Below are positions 58,819-64,000 of a stretch of DNA of 64,000 nucleotides, one piece after another. A program made the translations under genes and the position numbers. Positions within the stretch are counted from its first letter, which is position 1. Each line of letters begins with the position of its first letter. The DNA is taken from contig JAYSTI010000055.1 in NCBI GenBank assembly GCA_043719805.1, forward strand, positions 2,760 through 66,759. The letters run 5' to 3'. The stretch is from Candidatus Lloydbacteria bacterium (lineage in GTDB: Bacteria; Patescibacteriota; Minisyncoccia; Phycocordibacterales; UBA6899). The notes under the pieces were generated by a model. It did not search any database, was not told the DNA's origin, and was given only the letters and a program-made list of their open reading frames with translations.

Positions 58819-59704
58819 TATGGAACAACACATCCGCCACAACAAACCGACCGGCATGACTAAGGGAGAGAAGATTCGCTCATGGAATGCGATTGAGCAA
58901 GGACTCACCCTGCAATCTTCACCTTTTTCATACGTCACATTCCTGAAGCGCGCACACAACAAGATTATTGCCGCGATTCTCGGCATCCTTATCTTAGGTG
59001 GCGGTGCAGCAACTGCATACGCAAGCAATGCCAAACCCGGAGACATTCTGTTTCCTGTCGCCATCGCAAAAGAAAAAACACAAATTCTCTTTGCGGGAAG
59101 CACGGAAAAGAAAAAAGCACTTCAAGTGCGATTTGCTCAAAGGCGCCTCGCAGAGGTGCGTGAACTTGCGTCACTCGCGGAGTCATCAGAAGAAGATGCC
59201 TCGAGTCCGAACATCGCAGCGGGAACTCCCGTAACCACTTCGAGGGAGTCGGCAAAGAGAAAAGATCGGGCGAGGCACGGTGCAGAAGTTGCACTACGCG
59301 AACTCCACGCAACACGCGACATTCTTAGCCATGATGAAAATCAAGATGCGACGAACTCTGTCGACGATATTATTTCAGAGGTCAGCGCTGTTTCTCTTCA
59401 TGGAGGGCGAGGTGGCAAGAACAGAGAGCGCAGGGGCAAACAGAATACTCCCGACGAATCATCAACGACAACACCTTCGTCTCAACGCCAATACGACCAA
59501 AAGGAAGATCGCGGTGCGAAAACTGAGACCGAGACGCATGCTGATGACTCAGAAAAAAATAGTGACAACGCCGAAGTTAAAACAAGGAGCAGTAGAGGGC
59601 GTTATGAATACAAAAATGAGACGGCTGATGGAGAAGTGAGATTTCAGACACCCGCATCAACAGACGCTAGCGGCCATGAGGAGTCGGATGACGAAGACCG
59701 GTAG
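58796..59704 (+). CDS. DUF5667-domain anti-sigma-like membrane protein
   Basis: TM then ASNAKPGDILFPV..E..FAQRRLAE; disordered charged tail; coupled to ECF sigma. Confidence 0.75.
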   Translation: MSNNDTYNMEQHIRHNKPTGMTKGEKIRSWNAIEQGLTLQSSPFSYVTFLKRAHNKIIAAILGILILGGGAATAYASNAKPGDILFPVAIAKEKTQILFAGSTEKKKALQVRFAQRRLAEVRELASLAESSEEDASSPNIAAGTPVTTSRESAKRKDRARHGAEVALRELHATRDILSHDENQDATNSVDDIISEVSAVSLHGGRGGKNRERRGKQNTPDESSTTTPSSQRQYDQKEDRGAKTETETHADDSEKNSDNAEVKTRSSRGRYEYKNETADGEVRFQTPASTDASGHEESDDEDR

Positions 59705-59708
59705 CAGT

Positions 59709-59739
59709 TTATCCACAGTTTATCAGAAGCTTTTCCACA
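59709..59739 (+). promoter_or_regulatory. Pair of DnaA-box-like sites
   Basis: TTATCCACA (59709-59717) and TTTTCCACA (59731-59739) in a convergent intergenic gap. Confidence 0.45.
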
Positions 59740-59781
59740 GACTTACGCACTCAACCACGTAAGCATGAAATTGTCGCAAAA

Positions 59782-60984
59782 TTAGACGACGAATTCTTTT
59801 TCTACCTCAATCAACCGCTCGTACTTCACCCGCCGTTCTTTTTGCGTCGGTGCGCCGGCTTTTAATCCGTACGCGCCAATACCAACAGCGAGATCCGCAA
59901 TGAAGGAATCCTCAGTCTCCCCCGAGCGATGACTCGCGACCAGCTTCCACCCTGCGTCCCTTGTAAGTCGCACGGTCGCAAACACCTCTGTGAGTGTCCC
60001 CACTTGATTGGGTTTGATAATCATTGCGTTCGCGCGGCTTTCATCAATCATTTCTTTGGTGATTGCGGGATTGGTAACCGTGAGGTCATCTCCAATGATA
60101 AGCGTGCGAGCACCAAGCTCAGCGGTGATGCGTCGGAACGCAGGGAAATCTTTCTCATCAAACGGGTCTTCAATGCTCCTCAGGTGAAATTTATTGACAA
60201 GGTTTTCATAAACATCAAAAAGTTCGTCACTACTATGTGGTGCACCCTCAAGGATATATTTCCCGTCATGGAAAAATTCTGATGCCGCCGCATCAATTGC
60301 GAGAAACGCCGCGGCCTCGGCCCCCATCGCTTCGCTTAACAGTGCGAACGGTGTTTCAATGCCATTCAAATTTGGTGAATATCCACCTTCATCGCCCATG
60401 GGAACTTCGCCGTAACGCTCCTTAATAAGCGTACCGAGTGTTTCAAATATCGCATTTGCTTTTGCGTATGATTCCGAGGGGCCCGCAGCACCAACTGCGA
60501 CAATGTATTCCTGAAACGGAAGCCGAAATGATGCATGCGCTCCGCCGTTCAACATGTTCATGTAAAGACGAGGGAGCGACGGGGTAAATCCGCCGATATC
60601 CGCGAGACATTTCCACACAGGAACTCCTCTCTCTTGCGCAGCAAGTCGCATGGCAGCAACGGAAACTCCAAGCATCGCATTCGCACCGAGGTGCGTCTTC
60701 GTCGGAGTACCGTCAATCGCGATGAGTTTCTCGTCGATTGCGGTGGGGTCAAGCTGCGCACCACGAAGTGCATCATTGATGAGCGTATTCACGTTTGCGA
60801 TTGCAGTGGTGACACCTCTTCCGTCTGCATCACGCAACTCACATGCCTCGCGCGTTCCCGCGCTTTTTCCCGAGGGAACAGAAGAACAAGCGGAGAATTC
60901 TCCGCTTGTCATCGTCACTTCTAAGGTCGGACTTCCTCGTGAATCAAGAACTTCTTTCGCCCGTACTCCGGTGATTATCGCCAT
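59782..60984 (-). CDS. eno: Enolase
   Basis: EVLDSRGSPT, GDEGG, IGDDLTVTN, IKPNQVGTLTE, SHRSGETED. Confidence 0.96.
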   Translation of the reverse strand: MAIITGVRAKEVLDSRGSPTLEVTMTSGEFSACSSVPSGKSAGTREACELRDADGRGVTTAIANVNTLINDALRGAQLDPTAIDEKLIAIDGTPTKTHLGANAMLGVSVAAMRLAAQERGVPVWKCLADIGGFTPSLPRLYMNMLNGGAHASFRLPFQEYIVAVGAAGPSESYAKANAIFETLGTLIKERYGEVPMGDEGGYSPNLNGIETPFALLSEAMGAEAAAFLAIDAAASEFFHDGKYILEGAPHSSDELFDVYENLVNKFHLRSIEDPFDEKDFPAFRRITAELGARTLIIGDDLTVTNPAITKEMIDESRANAMIIKPNQVGTLTEVFATVRLTRDAGWKLVASHRSGETEDSFIADLAVGIGAYGLKAGAPTQKERRVKYERLIEVEKEFVV

Positions 60985-60990
60985 ATTGCG

Positions 60991-63405
60991 CTATCGGCCG
61001 AGACGCTTTTCCTCCTCCGCGACCTCAAAGAGCATCGGTATAATAGAGTCCGGGTTAAGAGAAACCGTTTCGATCCCCTCCTGAATAAGGAAGCGTAAGA
61101 AATCGGGGAAGTCTGATGGTGCCTGTCCGCAAATGCCGATATATTTCCCGCGTATCTTACATGCCTTGATGGCCATCGAGATAAGCATCTTCACTGAAGG
61201 ATCTTTTTCGTTTGTGATGCCGGCAACAATTCCTGAATCACGGTCCGAGCCGACGGTGCACTGAGTCAAATCGTTGGAGCCAATAGAGAAACCATCAAAG
61301 ATATCGAGAAACTCGTCAGCGCGAAGCACGTTTGAAGGAATTTCACACATCACGTAGACATGTAATCCGTCCTCGTCCTTGCGTAGTCCGAATTCCGCCA
61401 TTGTCGCGAGCACCTTCTTTCCTTCATCTGGAGTACGGCAGAACGGGACCATCACATGTGTATTTTTAAGTCCGTAAGTATTGCGGACGCGAAGTATCGC
61501 ATCACACTCAAGCTTGAATGCATCCTTAAATTTTGGATCGTAGTAACGGGATGCACCGCGCCATCCGAGCATTGGATTCTCTTCCGAGGGCTCGTACGCT
61601 TCTCCTCCAAGCAGTGTCCGATATTCATTGGTCTTAAAGTCCGAAAAACGAACGATGACCTGATGCGGGTAGGAGGCTGCGGCAATTTGCGCAATTCCCT
61701 CTGCGAGCTTTTGAACGTAGAACTCCACCTTGTCGGGGTACCCTATCGTGCGTGCATCGATCTTCTTCCGTAGCTCAGGGGCGAGCTTCGCATAATCGAG
61801 AAGGGCCTTTGGATGGATGCCGATCTGCGACATGATGATGAATTCCTCGCGCGCTAATCCGACGCCTTTATGTGGAAGATGTGCGTACATAAATGCAGCC
61901 TCGGGGCTTCCGACATTCATTGCAATCTTTGTCTTTGTCTCCGGAACCTGCGAAAGGTCTTCGACTCGCTCTTCCCATTCCAATTTTCCGGGATAGATAT
62001 AGCCGACTGAACCTGATGATGCATCTACTGTTAGCACCATTCCGGTCTTCAGCTTATCCATCTCTTCCATTCCGATACCGATGACGGCGGGGATGCCGAG
62101 CTCACGAGAAACGATAGCTGCATGCGATGTGCGCCCACCTTTTGCGGTGATGATAGCGGATGCCATCTTCATGATGGGCTCCCAATCCGGGTCGGTCATT
62201 TCGGTAATCAAAATTTCTCCCTTCTTGAATTCCTCGAGCTTGGACGCCGACAGAATTACGCGCGCAGTTCCGGTGGCAATCTTTCCGCCAACGCAGATTC
62301 CGTGCGTAATTGCCGGGGGGGCATTCTTCTGCAAAAGATACTCGGTGATTGAAAGACCCTTCTTCTCAGACTGCACCGTCTCGGGACGCGCCTGTACAAT
62401 ATAGAGTTTTCCGTCAACGCCATCCTTTGCCCACTCGATATCCATCGGTGTTGGCTTGCCGAAGCGCGCTGTGTAATGTTCCTCAATGATCATTCCCCAC
62501 TGCGCGAGCTCGATGACCTCGTCGTCTGAAAGTGAAAATCGTATTTGATCTGCGAGTGGGACAGCGACCTCCTTGACCGGAGAATCCTGTTTTTCCGTAT
62601 ACACCATCATCATTTTCTTTTCACCGAGTGACTTCTTCACGATAGATTTGAATCCCTCACGCAATGTCGGCTTGAAAAGCATGAACTCATCCGGTGTTAC
62701 CTTGCCCTGAACGACCATCTCGCCGAGTCCATATGATGAATTTATCTCAATGACATCCTTAAAGCCGGTTTCCGTATCGATAGTGAACATGACTCCAGAT
62801 GTCCCCTTGTCTGAGCGGGCCATCTTCTGAACACCCACAGAAAGAGCGACGTCAAAATGACTGAATCCCTTGTCGACGCGGTATGAAATGGCACGGTCAT
62901 TGAAAAGAGACGCCATTGCCTCACGGGTCTTTTTGATGACCTGCTCTGCCCCGTAAACGTTGAGATAAGTCTCGTGCTCGCCGGCGAACGATGCACCGGG
63001 AAGATCTTCGGCTGTAGCAGATGAGCGCACTGCGACATCAGCCTCTTTGACGCCGTATGACTTGGAGATTTCTCCGTATGCCTTGGTGATATCATCGCGT
63101 AGGACCTGAGGAAATTCTACCTTCAAGAATGCAGCACGCACGGTTTTGCCGGCGTTCTGCAAAGCCTTGATATTCGTCGTATCAAGACCCGTAAGCTCTT
63201 TCTTTATGATTTCAGCGAGTCCTGAGTTATTGATGAAATCGCGATATGCCTTTGCGGTCACGATGAATCCGTTCGGGACACGAATTCCCTTACTCGCGAG
63301 TGCGGTATACATTTCGCCAAGGGAAGCGTTCTTCCCGCCAACTATCTGCACATCGTCATTGCCCACCTGATCGAACCATAGAATCGTTTGTTCTGTTTTG
63401 ATCAT
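60991..63405 (-). CDS. ppsA: Phosphoenolpyruvate synthase
   Basis: VGGKNASLGE, RSSATAEDL, GGRTSHAAIVSRE, ENPMLGWRG, SIGSNDL. Confidence 0.98.
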   Translation of the reverse strand: MIKTEQTILWFDQVGNDDVQIVGGKNASLGEMYTALASKGIRVPNGFIVTAKAYRDFINNSGLAEIIKKELTGLDTTNIKALQNAGKTVRAAFLKVEFPQVLRDDITKAYGEISKSYGVKEADVAVRSSATAEDLPGASFAGEHETYLNVYGAEQVIKKTREAMASLFNDRAISYRVDKGFSHFDVALSVGVQKMARSDKGTSGVMFTIDTETGFKDVIEINSSYGLGEMVVQGKVTPDEFMLFKPTLREGFKSIVKKSLGEKKMMMVYTEKQDSPVKEVAVPLADQIRFSLSDDEVIELAQWGMIIEEHYTARFGKPTPMDIEWAKDGVDGKLYIVQARPETVQSEKKGLSITEYLLQKNAPPAITHGICVGGKIATGTARVILSASKLEEFKKGEILITEMTDPDWEPIMKMASAIITAKGGRTSHAAIVSRELGIPAVIGIGMEEMDKLKTGMVLTVDASSGSVGYIYPGKLEWEERVEDLSQVPETKTKIAMNVGSPEAAFMYAHLPHKGVGLAREEFIIMSQIGIHPKALLDYAKLAPELRKKIDARTIGYPDKVEFYVQKLAEGIAQIAAASYPHQVIVRFSDFKTNEYRTLLGGEAYEPSEENPMLGWRGASRYYDPKFKDAFKLECDAILRVRNTYGLKNTHVMVPFCRTPDEGKKVLATMAEFGLRKDEDGLHVYVMCEIPSNVLRADEFLDIFDGFSIGSNDLTQCTVGSDRDSGIVAGITNEKDPSVKMLISMAIKACKIRGKYIGICGQAPSDFPDFLRFLIQEGIETVSLNPDSIIPMLFEVAEEEKRLGR

Positions 63406-63456
63406 ATCGTTTTAACTAATCTCCTAATAATTTCGCCCATTTTTAATTTACAAACG

Positions 63457-64000
63457 TCACCCCTTGTCACTTAATATTAAATAAAAATCCGCCACATTGA
63501 TTCCGGTACGTCCGGTCACAATCGCTCCGCCATTCGTCTTCCAAAAATGATAGGAATCGTTAGCGCGGAGAAAGGTGTTCGGATCGAGGTGGGCATTTTT
63601 TGCACGCTCACGATCTCCCGCATCCACGATTGCCCCCGCAATGCTCGTATTATCCCACCCATCAGATGCGGCCGCAATGATAACCATGTGATGAGGAATA
63701 TGTGCCACTGCGCCTAGAGCCAATTCCTGATTACGCCCTCCCTCACCCGCGTTTTTTGTGAGACGCACCGTCGTCTCTCCGCCGTAGAGATAGCAGGAGC
63801 CCGGCGGTATGGGCACCGTCGTGAACGCCGCACCAAGGTCAGCGGCAATTCCCTCAAGTGCCGTATCGCGAATTTCTGCGTGGTATCCCAACGCCTTCGC
63901 TCTTGCCTCCATGGCAGTGAGCGCGATGCTGTTCGTCACCATAAGAATGTTCGTCACTTTTTTGAAGTACTTCTCATCTTTCGGCGTCTCGGACACCCGG
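63457..64000 (-). CDS. Glycerate 2-kinase, MOFRL family (3' part only)
   Basis: SETPK, GGETTV, GEGGRNQEL, SDGWDN, TGRTGINVAD. Confidence 0.9.
   Translation of the reverse strand, partial: RVSETPKDEKYFKKVTNILMVTNSIALTAMEARAKALGYHAEIRDTALEGIAADLGAAFTTVPIPPGSCYLYGGETTVRLTKNAGEGGRNQELALGAVAHIPHHMVIIAAASDGWDNTSIAGAIVDAGDRERAKNAHLDPNTFLRANDSYHFWKTNGGAIVTGRTGINVADFYLILSDKG

Noticed and set aside
59705-59781. Replication origin at paired DnaA boxes
   Set aside because: Only two boxes in a 77-bp gap, with no dnaA/dnaN or AT-rich unwinding element; isolated boxes also occur at 1113 and 2621.
1546-63370. Numerous antisense and alternate-frame ORFs in the supplied track
   Set aside because: Shadows of well-supported genes; several track starts (argS, mscL, dedA, epimerase, LDT, GDSL) are over-extended and were re-called.

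Overview
Chromosomal segment of a small-genome Patescibacteria/CPR bacterium, most like Parcubacteria. Markers: alpha2-type GlyRS, short RecO, IleRS with an inserted histidine-phosphatase domain, DUF5667 anti-sigma-like protein and a PG-binding surface protein. Housekeeping genes include ftsK, recA, efp, rpsF-ssb-rpsR, tatD, metG, glyQS, ileS, argS, tmk, secE-nusG-rplK, glmS, murD, guaB, mscL, ppsA and eno. I saw no rRNA, tRNA, CRISPR array, transposase or integrase. Two window-wide patterns stand out. (1) Two gene-expression 'dialects': core genes have no Shine-Dalgarno (SD) and many look leaderless (-10 box 6-9 nt before the start codon). About 20 interspersed accessory genes instead have AGGAG/GGAG-type SD sites, often with TTGACN..TANNNT promoters and their own terminators. 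These include a proteobacterial-looking FtsH and ErpA, a second A-type Fe-S carrier, a duplicate NMP kinase, a queuosine-salvage glycosylase and a lysophospholipase. (2) A dispersed family of at least four 145-350 bp structured elements. They share little stem sequence but keep the same multi-stem architecture and unpaired motifs (ACCANGC bulge, CRCTC..YCGCYWARGAG ends); three start at or just after the stop codons of ftsK, recA and guaB. All protein calls are from motif recognition by eye; no searches were run.
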